From: Longimicrobiales bacterium
GTDB taxonomy: Bacteria; Gemmatimonadota; Gemmatimonadetes; Longimicrobiales; Gaopeijiaceae
Length of the DNA: 64,000 bases
NCBI GenBank assembly: GCA_041690395.1
Contig: JAWLHJ010000003.1
Span: forward strand, 632,729 to 696,728
Reading direction: 5' to 3'
Numbering within the stretch: the first letter of the stretch is position 1; each line of letters starts with the position of its first letter. Below, piece after piece: positions 8,018 through 18,626 of this stretch. The notes beneath the pieces are model-generated. The model worked only from the letters and a program-made list of their open reading frames with translations. It was not told where the DNA came from and ran no database searches. Made by a program: the position numbers and the translations under genes.

Positions 8018-9388
8018 TCACGCGTCCTCGGGGAAGTCCTCGAGGGTCTCCTTCAAGCGCGAAAGGAAGCGGGCCGCGTCCGCACCGTCCACGACGCGGT
8101 GGTCGTAGCCGAGCGTGAAGATCGCGCGCTTCCGAATGGCCATGGCGTCGGTCCCGTTCTCCGGGTCCTCCACGACGACCACGCGCTTCTCGATCGCCCC
8201 CGTTCCGAGAATCGCCGACGTCCCCTTCGGGATGACCGGCAGGCCGGCCAGCGTCCCGAGCACGCCCGGGTTGGTCACCGAGAAGCTGCCACCCTGGATC
8301 TCGTCCGGGCTGAGTTGTTTGCTCCGCGCCCGCTCGGCCAGGTCGACGATCTTGTTCCCGATGCCGACGAGGCTCAGGTGGTCGGCGTCGCGCACCACCG
8401 GAACGATGAGCCCCGGGTTCAGGTCGACGGCCATACCGAGGTTCACGTTGCCCCGGTAGATGATGTTGTTCCCCGAGATAGTCGCGTTGACCATCGGGAA
8501 CTCGCGCAGCACGCGGGACACCGCCCACGCGACGAAGGCCGTGTAGCTGACCTTCGCGCCCTGCTGCTTCCACTTCGGCTTGTTCGCGGCGCGCACCTTG
8601 TCGATCGACGAGAAGTCGATCTCGATGAACGAGTGGACGTGCGGCGCCACGCGCTTGGCCAGCACCATGTGCTCGGCCGTGAGGCGGCGCATCTTGTCCA
8701 TCGGCTGGACGTCGTCCGCGTCCCGCACCGGATACTCCGGATGCTGGACCTCCTTGTAGAACTTCGTCCAGAGGTCGGACGGTGCGGCGGACGGTGCGGG
8801 GGCCTGCGCCGGCTTCGACGGGGCGGCCGGAGCCTGCGCCGCCGGCTTGGCCGGAGCCTCCGCCTTCCCGGGCGACTCGATGAAGTCGAGGATGTCCTGC
8901 TTGGTCACCCGACCCGCGTGCCCGGTGCCCGTCACCGACGCGATGTCGACGCCGTGCTCCTCGGCGATCTTGCGGACCACGGGGGTCGACCGCGTGCGGA
9001 GGCGCTCCTCGGCGCTCCCGGCCGGGGCATCCGAGGCCTCGGCTTCGGCTGCCGCCGGGGCCTCCTGCTCCGGCTCCTTCGGGGCCGCGGGCTCCGCCGC
9101 TGGCTCGGCCTTCGCCTCGCCTCCACCGGAGTCGGCCGCGGCTCCCCCCTCGGTATCGATGTAGGCCACGATGGTGCCTACTTCCACGGTCTCGCCTTCC
9201 GCGACCGCGACTTCCACGAGGGTCCCCGACTGGGGGGACGGGATCTCCGCGTCCACCTTGTCGGTCGAGATCTCGAGGATCGGCTCGTCGCGCTCCACAG
9301 TATCACCCACCTGCTTGAGCCACTTCGAGACCGTTCCCTCCGCGATCGACTCCCCCATCTGGGGCATCGGCACTTCGATTCGAGCCAC
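8018..9388 (-). CDS. 2-oxoacid dehydrogenase E2, dihydrolipoamide acyltransferase
   Basis: Lipoyl domain 'STDKVDAE', E3-binding 'TPVVRKIA..GTGHAGRVTK', catalytic 'DHRVVDG'. Confidence 0.95.
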   Translation of the reverse strand: MARIEVPMPQMGESIAEGTVSKWLKQVGDTVERDEPILEISTDKVDAEIPSPQSGTLVEVAVAEGETVEVGTIVAYIDTEGGAAADSGGGEAKAEPAAEPAAPKEPEQEAPAAAEAEASDAPAGSAEERLRTRSTPVVRKIAEEHGVDIASVTGTGHAGRVTKQDILDFIESPGKAEAPAKPAAQAPAAPSKPAQAPAPSAAPSDLWTKFYKEVQHPEYPVRDADDVQPMDKMRRLTAEHMVLAKRVAPHVHSFIEIDFSSIDKVRAANKPKWKQQGAKVSYTAFVAWAVSRVLREFPMVNATISGNNIIYRGNVNLGMAVDLNPGLIVPVVRDADHLSLVGIGNKIVDLAERARSKQLSPDEIQGGSFSVTNPGVLGTLAGLPVIPKGTSAILGTGAIEKRVVVVEDPENGTDAMAIRKRAIFTLGYDHRVVDGADAARFLSRLKETLEDFPEDA

Positions 9389-9471
9389 GCTCGATAACTC
9401 CGGTTTACCGGTTGTCAGGTCCAGCGACGCGTCGGTTACCCACCACGCCGCGCTTCGATCCTACCGTGCTC

Positions 9472-10500
9472 TCAGTACCCCGCCAGATATCTGGCGGCTT
9501 CGACGATGTCGTCCGTCTGCGGAAGAAAGTAATCTTCCAGCGACCCGGAGTAAGGGACCGGGGCATCGATGGCCGTCACCCTGAGCATCGGCGCGTCGAG
9601 CCATTCGAACGCCGACTCGCTGACCCTCATGGCGATCTCACCCGCGATTCCTCCCGTCCGCGTGTCCTCGTGCACGATGAGGAGACGTCCGGTCTTCTTC
9701 ACGCTCTCGACGATCGCGCCGTCGTCCATCGGGAGCAGGGTGCGCAGGTCGATGATCTCGACGGACACCCCGTCCTCCTTCTCCATGCGCTCGGCCGCCT
9801 CGACGCTTTTGTGCACCATCGCGCCGTAGGTCACGATCGTGAGCGCATCGCCCTCACGAACCGTGCGCGCCACCCCGAGCGGCACCACGTAGTCCTCGTC
9901 CGGAAGGACCTCGCGGAGCGCGGGCGCCCGGTACAGCCCCTTGTGCTCCTCGAACAGCACCGGATTGTCGTCGCGGATGGCCGCCTTCAGCAACCCCTTC
10001 GCGTCGTACGCCGTGCTCGGGTAGACGATCTTCAGGCCCGGTGTGTGGAAGAACGCCATCTCCACGTTCTGCGAATGGAACGGGCCGCCACGATTCCCGC
10101 CGCCCACGGGGCCTCGGATCACGAGCGGCATCGGTCCCGCGCCTCTGTAGAGCGAGGTCGCGATGTAGTTGGTGATGACGTCGTAGGCCGGCGAGATGAA
10201 GTCCATGAACTGGATCTCGACCACCGGGCGGAGGCCGGCGTGGGCCGCTCCCGCGGCCGCACCCGTGAAGCCGCCCTCGGCGATGGGCGTGTCGATGACT
10301 CGCGCGGCCCCGAAGTGCTCCAGGAAGCCGCGGGTCACCTTGAACGCCCCGCCGTAGACGCCGATGTCTTCACCCAACAGGAAGACGCTGTCGTCGCGCG
10401 TCATCTCCTCGAAGAGCGCCTCGCTGACGGCCTCGAGGAGCGTCACCGGCTCTCCGTTGCGGGTCTTCATGAGGTGCTCGGGTACCGCTTGCTCGGTCAT
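9472..10500 (-). CDS. 2-oxoacid dehydrogenase E1 beta subunit
   Basis: LGEDIGVYGG, DTPIAE, EIQFMDF, GPFHSQ, IDLRTL. Confidence 0.93.
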   Translation of the reverse strand: MTEQAVPEHLMKTRNGEPVTLLEAVSEALFEEMTRDDSVFLLGEDIGVYGGAFKVTRGFLEHFGAARVIDTPIAEGGFTGAAAGAAHAGLRPVVEIQFMDFISPAYDVITNYIATSLYRGAGPMPLVIRGPVGGGNRGGPFHSQNVEMAFFHTPGLKIVYPSTAYDAKGLLKAAIRDDNPVLFEEHKGLYRAPALREVLPDEDYVVPLGVARTVREGDALTIVTYGAMVHKSVEAAERMEKEDGVSVEIIDLRTLLPMDDGAIVESVKKTGRLLIVHEDTRTGGIAGEIAMRVSESAFEWLDAPMLRVTAIDAPVPYSGSLEDYFLPQTDDIVEAARYLAGY

Positions 10501-10510
10501 AACCACCCTT

Positions 10511-11581
10511 TCAGACGGCCTTCTTGGGACGGGGTCCGGCCCAGATCCGGCGCGTGACGCGCTCGGACCCCGCGTAGACCCCTTCGAGTGTTTCGGGCGC
10601 GGCCGGCGGCCCGGCGGAGCGCGCACGCTCGAGCCCCTCCGCGCACTGGCTGACGACGTCCGCCTCCAGAGCCTCGAGCTCCGATCCGGTGGCCGCTTCG
10701 GCGTCGAGGATCCGGGCACGGAGTCGCTCGACGGGATCGCCGTCTCCGTAGCGGATCTCGACCATCTGGACTCCCTCGCCGATTCGCGCGCGCTCGGCCG
10801 CCCGCCGAACGGCCGTGACGACGGACAGCACGTCGCCGCCGTCGGCGTGCTCCATACCCAACCCGTAGCCCGGTGCCTTCTCGGAGAAGGACGCCAAGCG
10901 GGTGTGCGTGCGGACACGCTCCACATTGGCGGGGGCTTCCACGACGAGGACCAACGGGCTGCGGCGCGCCGCGGCGAAGACGATCCCCTCGTGCCAGGCG
11001 CCGGTCGACGTCGCACCGGCGCTGTCGCAGACGACCCCGACCCGTTCCTCGCCACGCATTCGGGCACCCAGGGCCCATCCGCCGACGACTTCGACGAGCA
11101 GACCCATCGGCACGACGGGCGCCAGCAGACCGCTCTGCCAGTCGATGCGGTGGAGCTCCGAGCCGGACTCGCGCGCGGGGCCGACCCGGTGGGCGAGATG
11201 ATCGCGGAAGAAGTCCTCGATGCCGACACCGAACAGCTGGAGGGCTCCGGCGGCCCGGAAGGTCGGCGCGAAGACGTCGCCGGTTCCGTCGGTGGCGCGC
11301 CGGATCGCGAAGGCCGAGCCGACCGGCCCGGCCTCACGGTGCGGAGCGCGGCGGGGAGCCATCCGCACCAGGCCCTCGTCCGCCATGACGGCCAGGCGCG
11401 ACTCGGCGGCCCGGGTCAGGCGGAGGAGACGGTAGAGCTCGATCGCCTCGTCAGCGTCGAGATCCGGCGCCGTGCGAGGCGCAGCCGGCTGCTCGGGAGA
11501 ACGACCGGACCCGGCGAAGGGGAGCGCGGACCTGGGAAGCCCGGCCGCGTGTCGCGGTGCGTCCCCTGCTTCCGGGGGCAA
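10511..11581 (-). CDS. Degenerate E1 alpha-like protein (TPP motif and catalytic loop lost)
   Basis: E1a-like 'ATSTGAWHEG', 'KAPGYG..ADGGDV..AERARIGEG'; GDG replaced by SAG, no NN, no GH-x-x-x-D loop. Confidence 0.75.
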   Translation of the reverse strand: MPPEAGDAPRHAAGLPRSALPFAGSGRSPEQPAAPRTAPDLDADEAIELYRLLRLTRAAESRLAVMADEGLVRMAPRRAPHREAGPVGSAFAIRRATDGTGDVFAPTFRAAGALQLFGVGIEDFFRDHLAHRVGPARESGSELHRIDWQSGLLAPVVPMGLLVEVVGGWALGARMRGEERVGVVCDSAGATSTGAWHEGIVFAAARRSPLVLVVEAPANVERVRTHTRLASFSEKAPGYGLGMEHADGGDVLSVVTAVRRAAERARIGEGVQMVEIRYGDGDPVERLRARILDAEAATGSELEALEADVVSQCAEGLERARSAGPPAAPETLEGVYAGSERVTRRIWAGPRPKKAV

Positions 11582-11584
11582 GCC

Positions 11585-11977
11585 TCAGGGCTCCGGCTGG
11601 TTCGGCGAACCGCCCCCATCGGGCGAGCCAGGGCCTTCCGGAACCACAGGCGCGTCGGTCCCCGTCCCTGGCAGCACCGGCTCGGGCTGACCCTGCGGCT
11701 GCACGGGCTGGTCGATCTCGATGACCGAAGTCGGATTGTCGGCACGCGAGGACATGATCGACAGGACGAGCGACAGCACCATGAAGATGGTGCCGGCGGT
11801 CCAGGTCGCCCGGGTGAGCACCGTGGTGGCCTGGCGGCCGCCCAGGATGCCATCGGTCATGGCACCGGCTCCGCCGCCAACGGCAGCGAGTCCTCCACCT
11901 TTTCCTGCCTGGAGGAGGATCACGACCGACAGGAAGATCCCGTCGAGCACCAGAACGGCGAGCAAGAATCCGTACAT
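11585..11977 (-). CDS. secG: Preprotein translocase subunit SecG
   Basis: Two TM helices, 'ILLQAGKGGGL', 'LTRAT'; follows tpiA. Confidence 0.93.
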   Translation of the reverse strand: MYGFLLAVLVLDGIFLSVVILLQAGKGGGLAAVGGGAGAMTDGILGGRQATTVLTRATWTAGTIFMVLSLVLSIMSSRADNPTSVIEIDQPVQPQGQPEPVLPGTGTDAPVVPEGPGSPDGGGSPNQPEP

Positions 11978-12044
11978 CGTCTCAAATTCCTATGAACAGC
12001 CTGCGGGGGCGAGACCGTAAACGTCGATCAGGCTGCAAACGCTG

Positions 12045-12785
12045 TCAACGGGATGCGGCCGCGATCGCGGCGAAGGAATCGGCATCGAGGCTCGCCCCTC
12101 CCACGAGGACGCCGTCCACGTCGGACGCGCCGAGGAGCTCCGCGGCGTTGTCCGGCTTCACCGAACCGCCGTAAAGGATCGGGACGTTCGGGGCGCCGAC
12201 GACGCCGACTCCGTCCTCCAGGCACGACCGGAGCGTGGCGTGTGCGGCCGACGCGTCCTCCGGCGTGGCGGTCTCCCCGGTGCCGATCGCCCAGACCGGC
12301 TCATAGGCGACGAGGAAGCGGGCCGATTCGTGGGCCACCGTCGGGAGCACGGCGCCGAGCTGGCGGACGATCACCTCGTCCACGCGTCCCGCCCGCCGCT
12401 CCTCGAGCGTCTCCCCGACGCACACGACGGGCACGAGGCCATGCCTCAGCGCGGCCTCGACCTTACGGCGGACGTCCTCGTCCGACTCCCCGAACACGTG
12501 GCGGCGCTCGGAATGGCCGACGAGTGCGAACGTGGCCCCCGCGTCGCGGGCCATCACCGCCGACGTCTCGCCGGTGAACGCCCCTGCGTCCTCCCAATGG
12601 ATGTTCTGCACCCCGATCGACACGCGAGGGGGACGAGCCGCCATGGCGGCGGCGAGCGACACCGAAGGGGGGAAGATCAGGATCTCGTGGTCCCGGGAGA
12701 CTTCGTCCAGCACGAGCGCGTCGAAGAAGTCGCGCGTCGCCGTCGGACCGTGGTGCATCTTCCAGTTTCCGGCGATGACCGCCAT
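12045..12785 (-). CDS. tpiA: Triosephosphate isomerase
   Basis: AGNWKM, GHSERR, AYEPVWAIGTG, YGGSV, LVGGASL. Confidence 0.98.
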   Translation of the reverse strand: MAVIAGNWKMHHGPTATRDFFDALVLDEVSRDHEILIFPPSVSLAAAMAARPPRVSIGVQNIHWEDAGAFTGETSAVMARDAGATFALVGHSERRHVFGESDEDVRRKVEAALRHGLVPVVCVGETLEERRAGRVDEVIVRQLGAVLPTVAHESARFLVAYEPVWAIGTGETATPEDASAAHATLRSCLEDGVGVVGAPNVPILYGGSVKPDNAAELLGASDVDGVLVGGASLDADSFAAIAAASR

Positions 12786-12818
12786 TTGGACTCCTCGTTC
12801 GTTGGGTGGCGACTCGCG

Positions 12819-14021
12819 TCAGGCGTCGGACAGGGAGACCACGCCCGGCAGCGCGACCCCGGCCAACAGATCGAGCGAGGCTCCGCCGCCCGTCGACACG
12901 TGCGAGATGCGGTCGGTCACCCCGGCCCGCTCTGCGGCGGCCCCGGAGTCTCCCCCGCCGATGATGCCCAGCGTACCTTTGTCGCAGGCGTCGGCCAGCG
13001 CGCGGGCCACGTCGATGGTGCCCTCGGCGAACACGTCCATCTCGAAGACGCCCATCGGCCCGTTCCAGACGACCGTGCGGGCGCTCCCGATGATCTCGGC
13101 GTAGAGGGCGCGGGTCCGCGGACCGATGTCGGCGATCCGGTCCGTCGGGCCGACCGCTTCCCTGTCGACGACCCGGGTCGCGGCGCCGGGCTCGATCTCG
13201 TCGGCGACCACGCAGTCGAGCGGCAGCACGAGCCGTTCCCCGTTACCGTCCATGATCTTTCGAGCCATCTCGAGGCGGTCCTCTTCCACGAGCGAGCCGC
13301 CGGTCTCGAGCCCCATGGCGCGGAAGAACGTGTTCGCCATGGCGCCCCCGATCAGGAGCCGGTCGACCTTCGGGAGCAACGCCGAGATCACGTCGATCTT
13401 CCCGGAGATCTTCGCACCCCCGAGGATGGCCACGAACGGCCGCTCGGGGTCGTCGATGGCGTCGTGCAGGTACTTGAGCTCCCGCTCGAGCAGCAGGCCC
13501 GCGACGGCGACGCCTCCCCCGGTGACCACGGCGTCCGCGAGGCCCGACGTGGACGCGTGGGCCCGATGCGCGGTCCCGAAGGCGTCGTTCACGAAGACCG
13601 AGCCCAGGGCCGCCCACGAGCGCGCGAGCTCTGGGTCGTTGGTGGTCTCCCCCGGCAGGAAGCGGGTGTTCTCGAGGAGCACGACGTCGCCCGGCTCCAT
13701 GGCGGCCACGGCCTCGTCGACCGCGGGTCCCGTCCCTTCCGGGACGAACCGCACCGGGCTCCCGAGCAGCTCCTGGAGCCGCTCGGCGACCGGCTTCAGG
13801 GAGAACTCGGGTTTTGGGGCCCCCTTGGGACGACCGAGGTGCGAGAGCACCACCGGGCGCGCGCCCGCGTCGAGCAGGACGCGGAGGGTCGGAACCGAGG
13901 CTCGGATGCGCTGGTCGTCCGAGACGCTCCCGTCTTCGAGGGGGACGTTGAGGTCGGTGCGAACGAGCACGACCTCACCGCTCAGGCGAGCGGCGTCCAT
14001 GCCGGAAAGTCGTCGTTTCAT
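12819..14021 (-). CDS. pgk: Phosphoglycerate kinase
   Basis: RTDLNVP, SHLGRPKG, NDAFGTAHRAHAS, WNGPMG, STGGGASL. Confidence 0.98.
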   Translation of the reverse strand: MKRRLSGMDAARLSGEVVLVRTDLNVPLEDGSVSDDQRIRASVPTLRVLLDAGARPVVLSHLGRPKGAPKPEFSLKPVAERLQELLGSPVRFVPEGTGPAVDEAVAAMEPGDVVLLENTRFLPGETTNDPELARSWAALGSVFVNDAFGTAHRAHASTSGLADAVVTGGGVAVAGLLLERELKYLHDAIDDPERPFVAILGGAKISGKIDVISALLPKVDRLLIGGAMANTFFRAMGLETGGSLVEEDRLEMARKIMDGNGERLVLPLDCVVADEIEPGAATRVVDREAVGPTDRIADIGPRTRALYAEIIGSARTVVWNGPMGVFEMDVFAEGTIDVARALADACDKGTLGIIGGGDSGAAAERAGVTDRISHVSTGGGASLDLLAGVALPGVVSLSDA

Positions 14022-14057
14022 GTGTCCCGTGGGTACCGAGCGAATCAGCCGGGCGCG

Positions 14058-15071
<1,014 letters not shown>

Positions 15072-15133
15072 GATGTCCGGTCCTCTTGGGGTCTGGTTTC
15101 AGGGTGAGGAGCTTCGCACGAAAAACATAACGT

Positions 15134-15895
15134 CTAGGCCGCGCCCTGCGTCACGGCTCGGGCGAAGGTGGCCACGACCACGGGTCCCGCGCCAGCCTCG
15201 ACCAGGCGCTCGGCCGCGGCGGAGACGGTCGCTCCGGTGGTGAGCACGTCGTCGACGAGGAGCACGGCCCGGCCGCCCAGCCGCCGGGCCTCGGGACCCG
15301 CGTCGAACACGCCGTCGACGTTCCGAAGCCGCTCCGCCGGCGTCAGGGTCGTCTGTGACCGCGTGGCTCGGGTCCGCCGGAGCGCCGCCACGTAGGGCAG
15401 ATCGAGGCGCTCCGCGACGCGACGCGCCAGGAGCTCGGCCTGGTTGTAACCCCGGGCCTTCATCCGCCCCGGCGTGGTCGGAACCGCGGTGACGACCGCG
15501 CCCCCGTGCCCTCCATCCGGCCAGGGAAGGTCCAGCGCGGCCACCGCGTCGCCCATGAACGGCGCCAGCTCGCGCCACCCCTCGTACTTGAGCCCGTGCA
15601 CCAGGTCATCGACCGGCGGGCGCAGCTCGTAGGCGAAGCGCGCACCGACGAGCGGCTCGGGCCAGGCGGCGCACTCACGGCACTCCACCTCTTCGGAGCG
15701 GCCCGTGCCGCGCGGCCAGTGGCACCGAGGACATCGGGGCCACGACCCCGGCCTCATCCGGGCGCGGCACGAGACGCACACGAGCTCCGGAACCGGTGAC
15801 CGTCGCTCCGGAAGCCACGAGCCGCACGAAACGCACCCGGACGGCAGCAGCAGACCGAGCAGGTCGGACGCCCAGGTCGCCGGGGCCACACTCAT
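15134..15895 (-). CDS. comF: ComF-family protein (double zinc ribbon + phosphoribosyltransferase)
   Basis: CxxC pairs, RGYNQ, LLVDDVLTTGAT. Confidence 0.9.
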   Translation of the reverse strand: MSVAPATWASDLLGLLLPSGCVSCGSWLPERRSPVPELVCVSCRARMRPGSWPRCPRCHWPRGTGRSEEVECRECAAWPEPLVGARFAYELRPPVDDLVHGLKYEGWRELAPFMGDAVAALDLPWPDGGHGGAVVTAVPTTPGRMKARGYNQAELLARRVAERLDLPYVAALRRTRATRSQTTLTPAERLRNVDGVFDAGPEARRLGGRAVLLVDDVLTTGATVSAAAERLVEAGAGPVVVATFARAVTQGAA

Positions 15896-16734
15896 CGCGT
15901 GGCCCGGGACTCCAGCGCCGTGCGCATGACGTCCATGCCCGCCTCACGCCCCCACCACCTCTCGAAGGCGACGGCCCCCTGCTGGACGAGCATCTCCCGT
16001 CCGTCGACCGCCCGGATCCCCTTAGCCTCGGCGTGGCGCACGAACACGGTCGGCTCCGCCGAGTAGACGAGGTCCATGGCCGCTTCCACGGCGCCCAATA
16101 GCCCGAAGTCGATCGGAGCCGGATCGTCGGGCTCCAGACCGAGTCGGGTCGCGTTCACGACCAGCCCGAAGTCGACGCCCTTCACGTCGTCGCTCTCGGC
16201 GGCGACCCGCGCCCGCTCGCCACCGATCCGCCGGGCCACGGCCCGCGCCCGCTCGGGTGTCCGGTTGAGGAGCACCACCTGCTCGGCGCCTTCCTCGATC
16301 AGGCCCAGGAGCACCGCCCGCGCGGCTCCGCCAGCGCCGAGGAGGAGCACGCGGCGCCCCGTGACCGACTCCGGCAGGAAGTCGCGGAGGGCCCTCTTGA
16401 AGCCCTCGACGTCGGTGTTGTCACCGTGCACGAGGCCCTCTTCGTCGCCCCAGAACGTGTTGCAAGCCCCCGTGCGCCGCACGGCGTCGCTGGGCCGGTC
16501 GAGCAGTCCCGCCGCCCGCTCCTTGTGCGGGAGCGTCACGTTGCCCCCGCCGCCCGCGTGCGCGATCCCTTTCAGAAGCCCCGGGAGATCCTCCGCGTCG
16601 CAGCCGAGGGCGACATAGACGCCGTCCACGCCGGCGTCCCGTATGGCGGCATTCTGCATGGCCGGCGAGGCCGAATGGTCGACCGGATCGCCGAGCAGGA
16701 CGAGCAGCCGGCGCCCCACCGGTTGCGCCGTCAT
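15892..16734 (-). CDS. aroE: Shikimate dehydrogenase
   Basis: GDPVDHSASP, NVTLPHK, GACNT, NTD, GAGGAARA. Confidence 0.93.
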   Translation of the reverse strand: MTAQPVGRRLLVLLGDPVDHSASPAMQNAAIRDAGVDGVYVALGCDAEDLPGLLKGIAHAGGGGNVTLPHKERAAGLLDRPSDAVRRTGACNTFWGDEEGLVHGDNTDVEGFKRALRDFLPESVTGRRVLLLGAGGAARAVLLGLIEEGAEQVVLLNRTPERARAVARRIGGERARVAAESDDVKGVDFGLVVNATRLGLEPDDPAPIDFGLLGAVEAAMDLVYSAEPTVFVRHAEAKGIRAVDGREMLVQQGAVAFERWWGREAGMDVMRTALESRATR

Positions 16735-17267
16735 CCCGAGGCCTCGTCGGCAAGACGGCGGAGGACCTTCCCGACGAGATCCTCCAGGCGCCGGTACGTC
16801 CGGTCGTACTCCTCGTCGCTCCCGCCGATCGGATCAGGGATGGATCCCGAGTCCGCTCCGGTCTCCGTGCCCTCCGCGTAGGCCGTGAGGAGGGTGGCGT
16901 GGGCTCCACCTCCGAGCTCGCTCACGCGCATGAGGTGCCCGGGGGACATCGTCAGGATGAGGTCGGCCCACTCGATCTCGCGGCGCGTCAGCAGCGTCGC
17001 CCGATGGTCCCGCAGATCGACGCCGCGCTTCGAAGCGACGCGCACCGCACCCCCGGAGGGGGGCGAGCCCGGAAAGGCGCCCACACCCGCGGACCGCGCT
17101 TCCAGTCCGGTCATGGCGCCCTCGCCCGCCAGGCGCGTCGCGATCGCCTCGGCCATCGGGCTCCGGCAGGTGTTGCCCGTGCAAACGAAGAGGATGCGGT
17201 GCGTCCCCCGTCCGGACGCTTCCCGTGACTCGGCGCGATCGTCTCTCTCAGTGGTCGAATGGCTCAT
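16731..17267 (-). CDS. Low-molecular-weight protein phosphatase (YwlE-like Arg/Tyr phosphatase)
   Basis: P-loop VCTGNTCRSPMAE, IPDPIG. Confidence 0.9.
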   Translation of the reverse strand: MSHSTTERDDRAESREASGRGTHRILFVCTGNTCRSPMAEAIATRLAGEGAMTGLEARSAGVGAFPGSPPSGGAVRVASKRGVDLRDHRATLLTRREIEWADLILTMSPGHLMRVSELGGGAHATLLTAYAEGTETGADSGSIPDPIGGSDEEYDRTYRRLEDLVGKVLRRLADEASG

Positions 17268-17925
17268 GGATCTCCGGAATGACACAGCGGAGGCGGCCGA
17301 CGGGCACGCTGCCCGCGCGCACCACGACCGGCTCCGGCCCCGTGCAGTCGAGGACGGTGGACGGCTCGGACGGGGGCAGCGTGCCCCAGTCCACGACCAG
17401 GAGGCGGTCGTCCATCGCTTCCGCGATCTCCATGGCTTCCGATCCCGAACGGGCCGGGGGGTGGCCCGGCTCGTTCATGCTGGTCGACGTCAGCGGGGCC
17501 CCGTAGCAATCCAGGAGCCGCCGCACGAACGGGTGCGGGCTGACCCGCACGCCGACGCCCGCTCCGCTTTCGCTGCGGACGCCTTCGGGGAAGATACGGT
17601 CGGGGTCGGCCAGGACCAGGGTGAGCGCCCCCGGCCAGAACGCCCCCGCGAGCTCGCGTGCGGCCTCGGTCCACCGGAGGCCCGGAACGGCATCGGGGCC
17701 GGGGATCAGGATGAGGAGCGGGCGGTCGGCCGTCCGGGCCTTCAGCCGCTGGACACGAGCGACCCCTTCGGGCGTCACCGGGCCGCCGAGGCCGTACACG
17801 GTCTCCGTCGGGTACGCGATGGGGAGGCCGGCCTCCAGGTGGGCGACCACCCTGCCGAGATCTCCCTCGGGATCGCCCCGAAGATCGAGACGCTCGGGCC
17901 CGCTCGCGGCGTCGGGCGTGTTCAC
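17248..17925 (-). CDS. tsaC: L-threonylcarbamoyladenylate synthase (TsaC/Sua5/YwlC)
   Basis: YPTETVYGLG, FWPGALTLV, TSTSMN, STVLD. Confidence 0.9.
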   Translation of the reverse strand: MNTPDAASGPERLDLRGDPEGDLGRVVAHLEAGLPIAYPTETVYGLGGPVTPEGVARVQRLKARTADRPLLILIPGPDAVPGLRWTEAARELAGAFWPGALTLVLADPDRIFPEGVRSESGAGVGVRVSPHPFVRRLLDCYGAPLTSTSMNEPGHPPARSGSEAMEIAEAMDDRLLVVDWGTLPPSEPSTVLDCTGPEPVVVRAGSVPVGRLRCVIPEIHEPFDH

Positions 17926-18626
17926 GGCGCCTGGCGCTCGGCTCGCTGGAGCACGGCCTCGGCCACCACGAGGTCGTCGGGGCGCGTCACCTTGAAGTTG
18001 CCCGGACCCGCGTCCACCATCCGTACCGGGCCGCCGATCGCTTCGACGAGCGCCGCGTCGTCGGTGCCCTCCCCCGCCCCGTCCTGATACGCCCTGCGAA
18101 GAACGGCCGCCGGAAAGACCTGCGGGGTCTGCGCGTGCCACATGGCGGCTCTGGGCGGCGTCTCGACGATGCGTCCCTCGCTGTCGACGCGCTTCAGCGT
18201 GTCGACAGCGGGCGTTCCGGCCACGGCGCCCACGCCGCCGGACGCGATGTCCACGCAGCGCGCCACGACCTCCGCCGTCACGAACGGTCTGGCCGCGTCG
18301 TGCACGGCGATGACGTCGAGGTCGTCCTCGAGCCGAGCGATGCCCGCCCGGACCGACTCGGTGCGCGTCGCGCCGCCGGCCGTCACCCGGATGCGGGGGT
18401 CGAGTGAGGTGAGCCAGGCCGGTGGTCCTTCCTCGTCGTCCGGCGGGAGGGCGACCACGATCGAGACCACACGCGGGTCGGCCAGGAACGGCCGGAGCGC
18501 CCGCTCCAGGACGGGCACCCCCGCCAGCTCCAGGAACGGCTTCTTCACACCGCCCATCCTCCGTCCCGACCCCGCGGCCGGCACGACCACGCCGACGCGG
18601 GGGCGCCGCGCCTCACCGTCGGTCAC
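17922..18626 (-). CDS. ispD: 2-C-methyl-D-erythritol 4-phosphate cytidylyltransferase
   Basis: PAAGSGRRMG, GGATRTESV, VHDAARP, AQTPQ, TDDA, NFKVT. Confidence 0.95.
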   Translation of the reverse strand: MTDGEARRPRVGVVVPAAGSGRRMGGVKKPFLELAGVPVLERALRPFLADPRVVSIVVALPPDDEEGPPAWLTSLDPRIRVTAGGATRTESVRAGIARLEDDLDVIAVHDAARPFVTAEVVARCVDIASGGVGAVAGTPAVDTLKRVDSEGRIVETPPRAAMWHAQTPQVFPAAVLRRAYQDGAGEGTDDAALVEAIGGPVRMVDAGPGNFKVTRPDDLVVAEAVLQRAERQAP

